The notes: generated by a model not told the origin, from the letters alone. DNA of 64,000 nt from Candidatus Parcubacteria bacterium (GCA_963718875.1 OY970378.1:1075691-1139690); one strand, 5' to 3'. Shown: positions 18,533-28,754, counted from the first letter of the stretch. A program made the numbers and translations.

Positions 18533-18567
18533 AGCTTTGTTTGTATCCTTGTCTCTTGTATCTTGTT
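18533..18567. repeat. right arm of inverted-repeat element (TTTGTTTGTATCCTTGTCTCTTGTATCTTGTT)
   Basis: CTTGTATC-type heptamer repeats. Homologous to 36500..36541. Confidence 0.5.
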
Positions 18568-18580
18568 ACTTGCGTCAGTT

Positions 18581-20098
18581 CTACTTAGCAAATTCCATAG
18601 CACGGGTTTCACGAATAACATTCACTTTGATCGTTCCGGGGTATTTGAGAGTGGCTTCAATTTTAGTAGCCATGTCGCGGGCAAGCTTGATAGCGGAGAG
18701 GTCATCGATTTGCTCAGGGCGGACTATAACGCGAATTTCACGGCCGGCGCTGATGGCGTAAGCCTTGTTGATGCCAGGAAAGGTCATTGCGATGTTTTCG
18801 AGATCGGTCATACGCTTAGCGTAATTTTCGAGTGTGTCGCCTCGGGCACCAGGACGGCCGGCGCTGAGAGCATCGACAACCCGCACCACTAGAGCTTCAA
18901 CCGTGGTGGCTTCGATATCGTCATGATGGGCCTCGGCTGCGTGAGCGATTGTTTCATCCATACCATATTTACGGATGAGCATGCCCGAAATATGGTGATG
19001 GTTGCCTTCAATTTCATGGGTCATGGCTTTACCAATGTCGTGTAGTAGCGCAGCGGTTTTACAAATACGCACGTCGGCACCCAGTTCGGCAGCGATCATG
19101 CCGGCCATGTGGCCCATTTCCACAGAGTGACCCAACACATTTTGACTAAAACTGGTGCGGAACTTAAGTTGGCCTACTATTTGAACGAGCTCTGGTGGAA
19201 TACCGACTACGCCAACTTCTTTAATAGCCATTTCGCCGGCGTCTTTAATTATTTTATCAATTTCTTCTTCGGCTTTTGCAACTACCTCTTCGATCCTGGC
19301 TGGGTGGACTCGACCGTCGGCCAATAACTTTTCGATTGCTACCCTAGCCACCTGTCGGCGGATGGGGTCAAAACTGGAAAGCACAATTACGCCGGGTGTT
19401 TCGTCGATTAGTACATCGACTCCGGTAGCGCGCTCAATGGCTTGGATGTTACGGCCTTCTTTCCCTATGATCCGGCCTTTCATTTCATCACTAGGGATGG
19501 CAACAGTGGTAACTGTACGTTCGCTGGTTTGGTCGGAAGCAACCCTTTCCATAGCGCTTGCCACAATCATGCGAGCTTGCTCGTCGGCGGTTTCTTTGGC
19601 GGTGTCTTTAAGCTTATCAACCAACTTTACAAGATCAGTTTTAATGTCTCGCTCTGTCATGGCCATGAGCTTGTCTTTGGCTTCGTCTTTACTAAGCTTG
19701 GCAATTTTTTCGAGTGTTTCTTGTTGCTTGGTGCGCATGGAACGAATATCGTTTTTTAACTCCTCGAGCTCGGTTTCACTTTTTCGTAAAGCCTCGCCAC
19801 GCCTATCAAGCTCTTCAATTTTGCGGTCGAGGGTTGTTTCGCGGCTGCTAACGCGATTTTCGATTTCAGTAAGCTGTTTGCGCCGTTCACCATCTTCGCG
19901 TTTGCTTTCCTCGCTGGCTCGTAATGCCTGGGTCTTGGCCTCGAGAACAGTTTCTTTGGCTTTGGCTTCGGCATCGGACAGAATTTTAGCAGCCTTAGAG
20001 TCGGCTGAGTCGGTTTTGCGCTTGGCTATTACCATGTTGGCACCAAAACCAGCCCCACCGCCTAGCACGAGTGCGGCAATTACAAATAAAGCTAGCAT
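18581..20098 (-). CDS. rny: ribonuclease Y
   Basis: N-terminal TM helix, coiled coil, KH domain, HD domain (LLHDIGKA, HH...). Confidence 0.9.
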   Translation of the reverse strand: MLALFVIAALVLGGGAGFGANMVIAKRKTDSADSKAAKILSDAEAKAKETVLEAKTQALRASEESKREDGERRKQLTEIENRVSSRETTLDRKIEELDRRGEALRKSETELEELKNDIRSMRTKQQETLEKIAKLSKDEAKDKLMAMTERDIKTDLVKLVDKLKDTAKETADEQARMIVASAMERVASDQTSERTVTTVAIPSDEMKGRIIGKEGRNIQAIERATGVDVLIDETPGVIVLSSFDPIRRQVARVAIEKLLADGRVHPARIEEVVAKAEEEIDKIIKDAGEMAIKEVGVVGIPPELVQIVGQLKFRTSFSQNVLGHSVEMGHMAGMIAAELGADVRICKTAALLHDIGKAMTHEIEGNHHHISGMLIRKYGMDETIAHAAEAHHDDIEATTVEALVVRVVDALSAGRPGARGDTLENYAKRMTDLENIAMTFPGINKAYAISAGREIRVIVRPEQIDDLSAIKLARDMATKIEATLKYPGTIKVNVIRETRAMEFAK

Positions 20099-20656
20099 AA
20101 GCCCTTCTTTCTATAAGAATGTGGCAATAAAATCCACAGGTTAAGTCGCTTGGCGCGCTTGCCTGGTTACTCCAAGGTGGTCGTAGCAGTTAGGGAGAAA
20201 TAAAATGAATAAAATTGAGCGGGGAAACTGTAGATGACCGAGAAAAGAAGTAATAGCTTTGCGCTATAAAGCGAAAAATTGTTTAATATCAACATTTGTA
20301 ATTGTCGCTTTTTTTGCTAAGGCCGTCAAGCAAAAGCGATAAGCGATTTTATTAAGTCAGACTTCAAATCGGTTTACTTGGCTATCCAAGATTAAAGTCT
20401 GACTTTGTGTAACGCGATGTGTCACTAGCGAGAAGTCTCGCCCGGGCAGCACGACGTGGCAATCCTGCCTGCCGGCAGGCAGGCAGGCTCATGAGTTTTT
20501 AGAAGTCAGGCTTCGATAACAATAGTTTAAAAATCTGGATTTGAAATTTGACTTCGATACTCGATTATCACGCTTAACCTTGCAGGTCTGAGCTCAACGT
20601 TGTACTATGTTGAAACTGTTGGCCAATGAAGGCTGACTCGAGCTCGTAGGAGCAAG

Positions 20657-20890
20657 ATGAAAGCACTGACGACAAGGGGCGTGGCGTTTTGCAAGCGCCA
20701 TCTGACCTTACAGCCGACCCCCTCCACGACGCACGTACGCAGTCCCCTCCTTCCCATCCTCAACTCCACCTGCAGCAAGTGCCATGCAACGCTCAACCCG
20801 TGCGGAGTCTGTCACGGCCACCGCAGGCACAACTGCAGCACTTGCAACAACACAGGCACGGTCTGTCCCACGCACGGCGGGTTTCACTAG
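20657..20890 (+). CDS. small Cys-rich (CxxC x3) putative zinc-ribbon protein, high-GC island
   Basis: CSKCHATLNPCGVCHGHRRHNCSTCNNTGTVC. GC-rich composition. Followed by a 17-bp GC hairpin terminator. Confidence 0.4.
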   Translation: MKALTTRGVAFCKRHLTLQPTPSTTHVRSPLLPILNSTCSKCHATLNPCGVCHGHRRHNCSTCNNTGTVCPTHGGFH

Positions 20891-20917
20891 AACACGGACA
20901 CGTCGCCCATTCCCCAT

Positions 20918-20968
20918 GAGCCCCCGGCTCCGCCCACCATGGCGGAGCTGGGGGCTCGTTCCCTTTTA
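20918..20968 (+). terminator. intrinsic terminator (17-bp GC stem, one G-U, then T-rich)
   Basis: gagcccccggctccgcc...ggcggagctgggggctc gttcccttttatc. Confidence 0.55.
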
Positions 20969-21051
20969 TCTACCTATTTTAGTTCTCGTTGTCATCTCGA
21001 GCCTGTCGAGAGATGACAGGTGGTTAATACAAAGTTTTTATGGCGAGGCAT

Positions 21052-21540
21052 CTATCCTCTTGGCTTGGTAATGTTGGCCTCGGCGCCGTAGAATGGCATG
21101 ACGATGCCGGTAAAAATATTTGATTGTAATTTCCCAGTTCCCCACTCCAACCAATCTTCGCCGGTGGCTCCGACAATTGGTTTGTTTAGCACGAAAGCGG
21201 CTGTGTTTGCTACCGTTATGCCGATACGAAGGCCGGTAAAAGAACCCGGGCCTTCATAAACAACAATGCCTGAGAGATTTTGCCAAGTTAGATCATTGCG
21301 ATCCAAAAGTTCGTGGATTTTTGACAGCAATGTAGCCGACAGTTGGCGGCCGGCAGTCCAAACTATTTGATCGCTTAGTTTGCCATCATCGGATGCCAAC
21401 ACGAGACATGCCTCGGCGGTTTCGGTGCGGATACCTAGAAGAACTTTTGACCCTTCGACTCGGCTCAGGGTTGGCTTTTGAGCTTTGAGTGTTAACACAG
21501 AATTATTAATATCAAGCTTTTGATTGCTTGCTTTAACCAT
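21052..21540 (-). CDS. tsaB: tRNA threonylcarbamoyladenosine biosynthesis protein TsaB
   Basis: GPGSFTGLRIG motif. Confidence 0.8.
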   Translation of the reverse strand: MVKASNQKLDINNSVLTLKAQKPTLSRVEGSKVLLGIRTETAEACLVLASDDGKLSDQIVWTAGRQLSATLLSKIHELLDRNDLTWQNLSGIVVYEGPGSFTGLRIGITVANTAAFVLNKPIVGATGEDWLEWGTGKLQSNIFTGIVMPFYGAEANITKPRG

Positions 21541-22000
21541 TGTTTAAACTTTCAATGACGTAGTTAAATTTTGAATCAAGCGCGGTTACTTTAATGTGCC
21601 GTGTATTTTCGTCAACTGCTTCTATATCGATGCGAATGCGAGCGGAAGGCATGGCAGTGCCGGCGTTACCCGCCCACTCTACCGCCACAATTACGCTTGG
21701 ATCTCCAACTACTTCAGCCAGCTCTGTAGCGACAATGTCGTCGGAATCAATGCGGTAAAAGTCAAAATGATGCAGCTCCAGGTCATCCCGAACGTGGTAT
21801 ACCCGACTAATGGTAAAGGTTGGGCTTGTAACTTCACCATTATAGTCCAATCCAACAGCCACCCCTTTGACAAGCACGGTCTTGCCACCACCAAGATCGC
21901 TAGCGAGCTCGATTGTCTCGCCGCCTTGAAGGGCTTTACCGAGAGATTCCCCGAGCTTTAAGGTAGCGTTTAGTGATGTGGTAATAGTTTCGTACATCAT
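21533..22000 (-). CDS. tsaE: tRNA threonylcarbamoyladenosine biosynthesis ATPase TsaE
   Basis: SDLGGGKTVLVKG...VTSPTFTI P-loop pattern. Confidence 0.75.
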   Translation of the reverse strand: MMYETITTSLNATLKLGESLGKALQGGETIELASDLGGGKTVLVKGVAVGLDYNGEVTSPTFTISRVYHVRDDLELHHFDFYRIDSDDIVATELAEVVGDPSVIVAVEWAGNAGTAMPSARIRIDIEAVDENTRHIKVTALDSKFNYVIESLNNG

Positions 22001-23339
22001 GGCGGAATTCATAGATTGCGTATCCTATACTAAGCATGGCCAGCCCAATTAGCAACCATGTACCGGAATAATTATTTGCCGATGCTACTAAGGCGGTTTG
22101 GGGTGTGGTTGTCGATTTTTTAGCTTTGGAGGTTTTGGGCTTAGTTGCTTTGGGGACTTTAGGCTTAGCAGCTTTTGTGGTTTTTGTCGTAGACTTGGGT
22201 GTTGAAGTAGCCTTAGCTTTTGTAGTGGAGGCAACGGTTTTGGCTTTTGGAGTTGCAGCAGTTTTTAAGGCAACTGCAGGCACTACCAAAATATTGTCCG
22301 CCCCAGGAGTAGCCTGCATACTCCACCTCCATTCACCGTCGACTAATGACCAGCTTTGCCCGGTAGCGGCTTTGCCATAATCACCGGTTGTACCAACAAT
22401 GTTACCGGCTGGATCAAGTACTTGAGCCGATCCGCCTGCGTTGGTAAGCCCCACATGACTTTGGTTAGAGTAAACGGCTAGGTACGCTCCAGGGGCAATA
22501 ATTACATCTGGTAGATTGTAAAATGAATGAAAATTACTCCCTGCTCGAATTGTGTAGCCTTCAATATTAACGGGATCGGCATTGGGGTTATATAGCTCGA
22601 TAAACTCATTGTGAGCATCGGTTTGAGGTGAAGCTGGGTCGGGCACAAGTTCTGTAATCATTAGCGCTGCGTAAACTGTAGGGGCAGGAGCGGGTTGATC
22701 GTCGACTGGTGGATCTTCGATAGTAACCGGGGAGGTGATAGAAGGATCTTCTAAAACTGCAGTGGTCGACTGGGGTTGTGGGGTGCTTCGTATAACAAAG
22801 TCCTCGGTATTATTATCAGTATCGGTGGAGTTACCACCATCTTCGATCAATCGGCCGGGCAGACGTTCGATGCTCTCCTCTGTTGCAGGAGCCTCCACCG
22901 GAGTGGTTTCGGCCGCGTTGGCAGTCGTGCCCCATCCAACCAGATCAACCACTGCGTTACTCTGATCCTTGAGCCGCACGTGGCCGCCAGTACCAGAGAG
23001 ACCGGCCGTGGAAAGATCGGCATCGGCAGTAGATAAGTAGATCTTTTGGCTTATGAGATAAAACCCGTGCGACTTAACCACACCCGTCAGAGTTGCTCGC
23101 TTTGACCATGAGTTTTCAGCAAGTGCAGATGTAGCGGACTTATATTGCAACACCCATCCATCTACAGATATGTCGCTTGTAGTGGGGTTATAAAGCTCAA
23201 CAAACTCTTGGCCAGAACTTGTAGCTGAACCGGTTTGAATTTCGCTGATAACAAGGGATGTGCTGGCAGATTGAACACTGAGTGGCTTAATTACTAGCAA
23301 TAAAAGTAGACATAATGGAAGGGCTTTAAAGCGCGACAT
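21936..23339 (-). CDS. surface protein with two lamin-tail (LTD) domains, Lys/Thr-rich stalk and C-terminal TM anchor
   Basis: Signal peptide. Two ISEIQ/ITELVP...EF[VI]ELYNP...GW/GY LTD-like repeats. KTTK-rich region. Hydrophobic C-terminus. The stop overlaps tsaE by ~65 nt. Confidence 0.65.
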   Translation of the reverse strand: MSRFKALPLCLLLLLVIKPLSVQSASTSLVISEIQTGSATSSGQEFVELYNPTTSDISVDGWVLQYKSATSALAENSWSKRATLTGVVKSHGFYLISQKIYLSTADADLSTAGLSGTGGHVRLKDQSNAVVDLVGWGTTANAAETTPVEAPATEESIERLPGRLIEDGGNSTDTDNNTEDFVIRSTPQPQSTTAVLEDPSITSPVTIEDPPVDDQPAPAPTVYAALMITELVPDPASPQTDAHNEFIELYNPNADPVNIEGYTIRAGSNFHSFYNLPDVIIAPGAYLAVYSNQSHVGLTNAGGSAQVLDPAGNIVGTTGDYGKAATGQSWSLVDGEWRWSMQATPGADNILVVPAVALKTAATPKAKTVASTTKAKATSTPKSTTKTTKAAKPKVPKATKPKTSKAKKSTTTPQTALVASANNYSGTWLLIGLAMLSIGYAIYEFRHDVRNYYHITKRYLKARGISR

Positions 23340-23912
23340 TAAGAGGGCTCCTTTTTTTAATCACCCTCCTAAGTTTTATACGAGCTCCATAGACTGGAGC
23401 TTTATTTCCATAATATACGAACAAAAAGCGAACAGTCAACACTTTTCTTAGGCTTTTTTACAGTTTAGTAATAAACTAGCTGTTTCTGTTGTGATTTTGC
23501 ACTATTTCTGTTACAAAAGTTCCACGCGCTTCTACGGAAGATGGCGTTTTTTGAAAGGAGTTAGATCAGTGTCAGCGTTCCCTTTAGAAAGGACGGTTAC
23601 CGTGGAACGCGGAATAGTAGTTTTTACGGGAGTAATCCCAGGAACAACCAGTTTGGCTTTATCCGGTCGGAAGCAGGTGATGAGGTCTACTTCAATACAT
23701 TTGGGCGATCGTTCGTCCTAGTGGTTGAAGACGGCATCGGAAGATTTTCCCGAGGCTGGTCAGGGTGGGTTACACTGGTGCCTCCAGTGCAGTTAAGTTT
23801 TGAGTAATACTCGTATGTTACACGGGAGGCACCCGTGTAATCGAATTGTCAGATCGGGACGCGAGGCCTTCGACAAACTCAGGCAGTAAATAGGAATCCA
23901 ATAATAAGCCGG

Positions 23913-24830
23913 TTACCCCAAAATGTGCGCCAGCAAGGCCATCCTCACATACAGGCCGTTTTGGGCTTGACGAAAGTAGGCTGCGCGAGGATCGGTGTCT
24001 ATGATGGGATCGATTTCACCTACTCTTGGTAGCGGATTAAGAATGCGGGACTCGGGCTTCATGCGAGCCAATGTCTCGTTGCCCAATATAAAGCAGGTTT
24101 TATGTTTTTCATACTCTAGCGGATCGGCAAACCGCTCTTTTTGGATACGATTGATATAAACTATGTCGGTAGATCCATCGACGGCCGACAAGCTATCCAC
24201 TTGGCGGTATTTGATGTTTTTATCGTCTAAGTAATGTTTGTATTGCGATGGAAGCTGCAGCTGCTCCGGGGATATTAAGAGGATGGTGGGATGGAAGAGA
24301 CCCATTAGCAATAAAAACGAATGAATGGTGCGGCTATGCTCTAAATCGCCAACTACAGCGATATTTAGGCCTTCCACACTCCCCAACTCTTCCAAAATTG
24401 TAAAGATATCAAGCAGTGCCTGAGTGGGATGGTCTTTGCCTCCGTCACCAGCATTTATGATAGGAACACTTGAAACCGCGGTGGCTCGCTCGGCCGATCC
24501 TGGCTCGGGATGGCGCAAAACGATGGCATCGGCATATCCACCAATAATTTTTATGGTGTCTTCTAGATCCTCACCCTTGATGGCGGAAGAAAATTGCCCG
24601 GCCGATTCCGCCGAGATAGTAGAACCGCCTAGCCTCGTCATGGCTGATTCAAAAGAGAACCGAGTGCGGGTACTCGGTTCGTAGAAAAGATTGGCTAACA
24701 CCTTGCCCTGGAGCAGGGGTCCAGGGGCTTTTCCCTTCATATACTTAGAAGACTCAAATAACATATCCAATATCGAACGATCAAAAAACTGGTCTGTGGA
24801 GATGAAATGACGTGAGTCTGTAATAGTCAT
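23913..24830 (-). CDS. pyrB: aspartate carbamoyltransferase catalytic subunit
   Basis: STRTR, HPTQ and HxLP motifs. Confidence 0.9.
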   Translation of the reverse strand: MTITDSRHFISTDQFFDRSILDMLFESSKYMKGKAPGPLLQGKVLANLFYEPSTRTRFSFESAMTRLGGSTISAESAGQFSSAIKGEDLEDTIKIIGGYADAIVLRHPEPGSAERATAVSSVPIINAGDGGKDHPTQALLDIFTILEELGSVEGLNIAVVGDLEHSRTIHSFLLLMGLFHPTILLISPEQLQLPSQYKHYLDDKNIKYRQVDSLSAVDGSTDIVYINRIQKERFADPLEYEKHKTCFILGNETLARMKPESRILNPLPRVGEIDPIIDTDPRAAYFRQAQNGLYVRMALLAHILG

Positions 24831-24923
24831 TAGTGATAACTATACTACAAGAGTCAACACCTGCAACAGATGAAATGGCTAGGAGGTACGGAATCCATCT
24901 TGCTTATGGTAAAATGGTAGTAT

Positions 24924-26945
24924 ATGCGAATATCTGATGATGCGCTCAAGAAAATATTAACGGCTTCGGGGCGAGTAAAGGCCGAGGACCTGGCTGAGGC
25001 CGATAAAAATCATCAGCAGACGCAAGAACCACTTCTTGCCACTATTATAAAGCGCAATTTGATTAGTGAAAAAGATCTGACTCAATTGTATGCCAAAAGC
25101 ATTGATGTTCCGTTTGTTGAGCTCGCTGGGATTAAAATACCTCATGAAGTTCTCATAAAAATACCTGAGCGCATTGCCCGTAAATACCAGGCTGTGTTGT
25201 TTGGTTCAATTGACAACCAAATGCAACTAGCAATGGCCGACCCAGAAGATTTCCAAGCTGCCGACTTTATTCAAAAGCAAACAGTGGGGGGGGTAAAAAT
25301 ATACATTGCCACTCCGGCTGATATTGCCGGAGCCCTGGATCAGTATCAAGCGAATATGGATAGTGAGATCAGCAAGGCTATTCAAGACTCGGCAGTGCCT
25401 GATCAAGACGAACGAAAAGAGCCAGAGGTTAGCGCAAAAGACATTGCTGAAGATGCCCCTATCGCTAAAACAGTCAACGTGATGGTGGAATATGCCATGC
25501 GATCAAGGGCGTCTGATATCCACATTGAACCACACGAAAACATTGTGCAGGTGCGCTATCGCATTGATGGCGTTTTGCGAGAGTCAATGACGTTGCCTCG
25601 CAATATTCTGCCTGCCGTTGTAAGTAGAATCAAAATCCTGGCTAATCTTAAGATCGATGAGCATCGCATCCCACAAGATGGTCGGTTCAAATTTAGTATG
25701 GGGAGCAAAACCGTAGCCCTGCGAGTTTCAACCTTACCAGTAATGGACGGGGAGAAGGTTGTGATGCGTTTGCTAGATGAGTCAAGTCGAGCCCTAACCC
25801 TGGAAGAACTGGGTTTTTCCGGCCTTTCACTAGATATTATTAACCGTAACCTTCACAAACCCCACGGTATGACGCTTGTTACGGGGCCAACCGGGTCAGG
25901 AAAAAGCACAACACTTTATAGTGTTTTAAATGTACTTAACACAGCGGGAGTTAATATCTCGACAGTCGAAGACCCAGTAGAATACCGCATACAAGGCGTT
26001 AATCAAACCCAAGTTAACCCCAAAGCCGGTATGACTTTTGTAAGCGGTTTACGGGCTTTGTTGAGGCAAGACCCCAACATTATTATGGTGGGTGAAATTC
26101 GGGATGGCGAAACGGCTGATCTGGCCGTTCAAGCCGCTTTAACCGGCCACTTAGTGTTATCTACACTGCACACGAATAATGCGGCCACCTCCCTCCCCCG
26201 TCTGCTCGACATGGGAATTGAACCGTTTTTGATTGCGTCGACTGTTAACACTGTAATCGGGCAACGTCTGGTGCGTAAGCTTTGCCCTGCCTGTAGAGTA
26301 CCTTATGTTCCGCAAGGAAAGGAGCTTGAAGATATAAAAAAGGATTTTGATGTTGATGTGGCATTGAAGCATTACTTGGAACAAATTAACGTTCCTCCGG
26401 TTGTACCTGCGGCATCAGCTGCACCAGCCATAACTGTACCCGCACTTGCTCCTATTACTTCCCAAGGAGGTGTAGTCAGCGGCACTAAGGTTATCCATCC
26501 CGTGCGTGATATAGAAATGGATAAATCAATTTTAGATAAAATTGCCGCTGACCCAAACATTATAGACCGCAGCGTGGGCGCTGCTTCTATGAAACCAGTT
26601 ATAGCAGCCTCTCATGAAGACTTGACGACAACTCTGCCAGATGCTCCTGCTTTGACGACTGTTCCTATTCCAACAACTGTCAACTCTGAGGAGCTGCAAA
26701 TTTTTAAAGCAGGTCCAGGATGTGCTGAGTGTGGACAGGGCAGTTATCAAGGCCGAATGGGGATTTATGAAGTTTTGGAGATCAACGAAGGCATTAGTAA
26801 AATGATTGTGTCTCACGCCACGAGCGAGGAAATACAGGCTGCTGCCATTTCAAATGGTATGCTTACAATGCAACAAGACGGCTTTTTAAAAGTACTCAAA
26901 GGGCTAACTACCATAGAAGAAATATTGAGGGTTACGCGTGAATAA
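24924..26945 (+). CDS. pilB: type IV pilus assembly ATPase PilB (GspE family) with C-terminal extension
   Basis: T2SE N-terminal domain, Walker A GPTGSGKST, tetracysteine CPAC. Confidence 0.9.
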   Translation: MRISDDALKKILTASGRVKAEDLAEADKNHQQTQEPLLATIIKRNLISEKDLTQLYAKSIDVPFVELAGIKIPHEVLIKIPERIARKYQAVLFGSIDNQMQLAMADPEDFQAADFIQKQTVGGVKIYIATPADIAGALDQYQANMDSEISKAIQDSAVPDQDERKEPEVSAKDIAEDAPIAKTVNVMVEYAMRSRASDIHIEPHENIVQVRYRIDGVLRESMTLPRNILPAVVSRIKILANLKIDEHRIPQDGRFKFSMGSKTVALRVSTLPVMDGEKVVMRLLDESSRALTLEELGFSGLSLDIINRNLHKPHGMTLVTGPTGSGKSTTLYSVLNVLNTAGVNISTVEDPVEYRIQGVNQTQVNPKAGMTFVSGLRALLRQDPNIIMVGEIRDGETADLAVQAALTGHLVLSTLHTNNAATSLPRLLDMGIEPFLIASTVNTVIGQRLVRKLCPACRVPYVPQGKELEDIKKDFDVDVALKHYLEQINVPPVVPAASAAPAITVPALAPITSQGGVVSGTKVIHPVRDIEMDKSILDKIAADPNIIDRSVGAASMKPVIAASHEDLTTTLPDAPALTTVPIPTTVNSEELQIFKAGPGCAECGQGSYQGRMGIYEVLEINEGISKMIVSHATSEEIQAAAISNGMLTMQQDGFLKVLKGLTTIEEILRVTRE

Positions 26946-27001
26946 GAAAAAGATGAGCTTGTTATTGCTTATGCTGTCAGATCACAGAAAAGAAAAATAT
27001 T

Positions 27002-28231
27002 ATGGCTAGTTTTGAATATACGGCGCGAGATAAGAGCGGAACAATCAGCAAAGGCGCTATTGCTGCCAGCGATCGTGGAGCTGCGATCAATAGTTTAGGC
27101 GAAAAAGGCTTATCGCCCATTCTTTTAATTGAAGGGAAAGAGACTGGTAAGGCTGGGGGAGTGACGCCTTCATTCCTTAAAAATTTTAAGCTTCAGGGTA
27201 AGGTTAAGCTTAATGATAAAGTAATTTTCTCGCGGCAGTTTTCGACCATGATCAATGCTGGCGTTCCAATTACGAAAGCACTAAGTATTTTGAAGCAGCA
27301 AACTACATCTAAGGTTTTTGCCAATGCCATAAACGACATAGGTACGCGAGTCGAAGGCGGTTCGACGCTGGCCAACGCCCTTAATGAGCATCCAAATATT
27401 TTTTCAGGGGTCTATATTAACATGGTTCGTGCTGGAGAAACGGGGGGTATTTTAGACGACATCCTTAATAGGCTTGCCGAACAGCAAGAAAAAGATGCGG
27501 AAATAGTAGGTAAGGTCCGTGGTGCTATGATATACCCTGCTGTTATTACCTCCGTAACGATTGCGGCTTTTTTCTTCCTTATGACGGTTATTGTTCCTAA
27601 GCTTGGGGTAGTATTTGAAGGCCTCGGTGCCAAGTTGCCGATATATACCACGATATTGCTTGGTATTAGCCACTTTATGGTCAAATATGGCCTATTTCTC
27701 ATTATAGGTATGGTTGTAGGAGTCGTTGGGTTTATTCGTTTTATAAAAACCCAGAATGGAAAACGGATAATTGACAGTGTCCTTATAAAGTTGCCAATTT
27801 TTGGCCCCATAATTGTAAAAGTTAATGTCGCACGGTTTGCCCGCACCTTCGGGTCTTTAATGTCTTCCGGAATAGCCGTTTTGGACGCGCTTAATGCCAC
27901 CTCAAGCGCCATTGGCAACTCAGTCTTTAAAGAATCTTTGGCCGACATTGCCCAAGACGTTAAAAACGGCCGGCCGATTTCAGAAGGGATACACCGCAAC
28001 AAGCATTTTCCGCTTATAGTGGGGCAAATGGTTGCAGTCGGTGAAGAGACTGGTGAGCTTGATAAGATTTTGCTTAAGCTGGCAGAGTTTTATGAGAAAG
28101 AAGTCGACACGGTCGTAAGCGGTATGACTTCTATTATTGAGCCAATTTTGATAATGGTAATCGGCGGGATGGTTGGCTTCGTGGTTATTTCAGTGTTTGG
28201 GCCGTTAGCCGCACTTAATAATGCTGTTTAG
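27002..28231 (+). CDS. pilC: type IV pilus platform protein PilC (GspF family)
   Basis: Two GspF repeats with 3 TM segments. Confidence 0.9.
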   Translation: MASFEYTARDKSGTISKGAIAASDRGAAINSLGEKGLSPILLIEGKETGKAGGVTPSFLKNFKLQGKVKLNDKVIFSRQFSTMINAGVPITKALSILKQQTTSKVFANAINDIGTRVEGGSTLANALNEHPNIFSGVYINMVRAGETGGILDDILNRLAEQQEKDAEIVGKVRGAMIYPAVITSVTIAAFFFLMTVIVPKLGVVFEGLGAKLPIYTTILLGISHFMVKYGLFLIIGMVVGVVGFIRFIKTQNGKRIIDSVLIKLPIFGPIIVKVNVARFARTFGSLMSSGIAVLDALNATSSAIGNSVFKESLADIAQDVKNGRPISEGIHRNKHFPLIVGQMVAVGEETGELDKILLKLAEFYEKEVDTVVSGMTSIIEPILIMVIGGMVGFVVISVFGPLAALNNAV

Positions 28232-28257
28232 GTAAAATGCTTGTGTTTTTATGAAGA

Positions 28258-28286
28258 TTGCAATATAGTAAATTTCAGTATATTAA
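28258..28286 (+). promoter_or_regulatory. candidate sigma70-type promoter for the major pilin (TTGCAA-17-TATTAA)
   Basis: Hexamers read by eye. AAGGAG RBS follows. Confidence 0.3.
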
Positions 28287-28318
28287 AAGTAATTATATGC
28301 AAGGAGTGAGCACTTAGC

Positions 28319-28726
28319 ATGAAAAGTATTTTAAAGAAGAGTGGTGGGTTTACCCTCCTAGAGCTTCTGATCGTCATCGTCATCATCGGCATTTTAGCCG
28401 TTTTAATTGTACCAAACCTAACAGCTGGACCAAAACGAGCCCGTGACTCTCAACGTAAGAGCGATATGCGCAACGTTAAGACTGCCCTTGAGACCTATTT
28501 CAACGATAACAACGTCTATCCATCAGCAGCCAACTATGCAGGGTTGACTTCGGTTCTAGTGCCTGGCTTTATTAAAGCCATGCCAACCGACCCCAAAGCC
28601 GGTAACGCTGCCTATACTTACACATCAGCTTCACCTTATTCAACCTACAGTATAACGGCTACTTGTGAAGTTGCCACCGATCCTAAATGTCCCGGCGGTG
28701 TCCATACTGTTACCAGCGTCAACTAA
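28319..28726 (+). CDS. pilA: type IV major pilin (prepilin, G/FTLLE cleavage-methylation motif)
   Basis: KKSGGFTLLELLIVIVIIGILA N-terminus. Confidence 0.85.
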   Translation: MKSILKKSGGFTLLELLIVIVIIGILAVLIVPNLTAGPKRARDSQRKSDMRNVKTALETYFNDNNVYPSAANYAGLTSVLVPGFIKAMPTDPKAGNAAYTYTSASPYSTYSITATCEVATDPKCPGGVHTVTSVN

Positions 28727-28754
28727 CGACTAGAAACGTCAAAGTTAGAATAAA

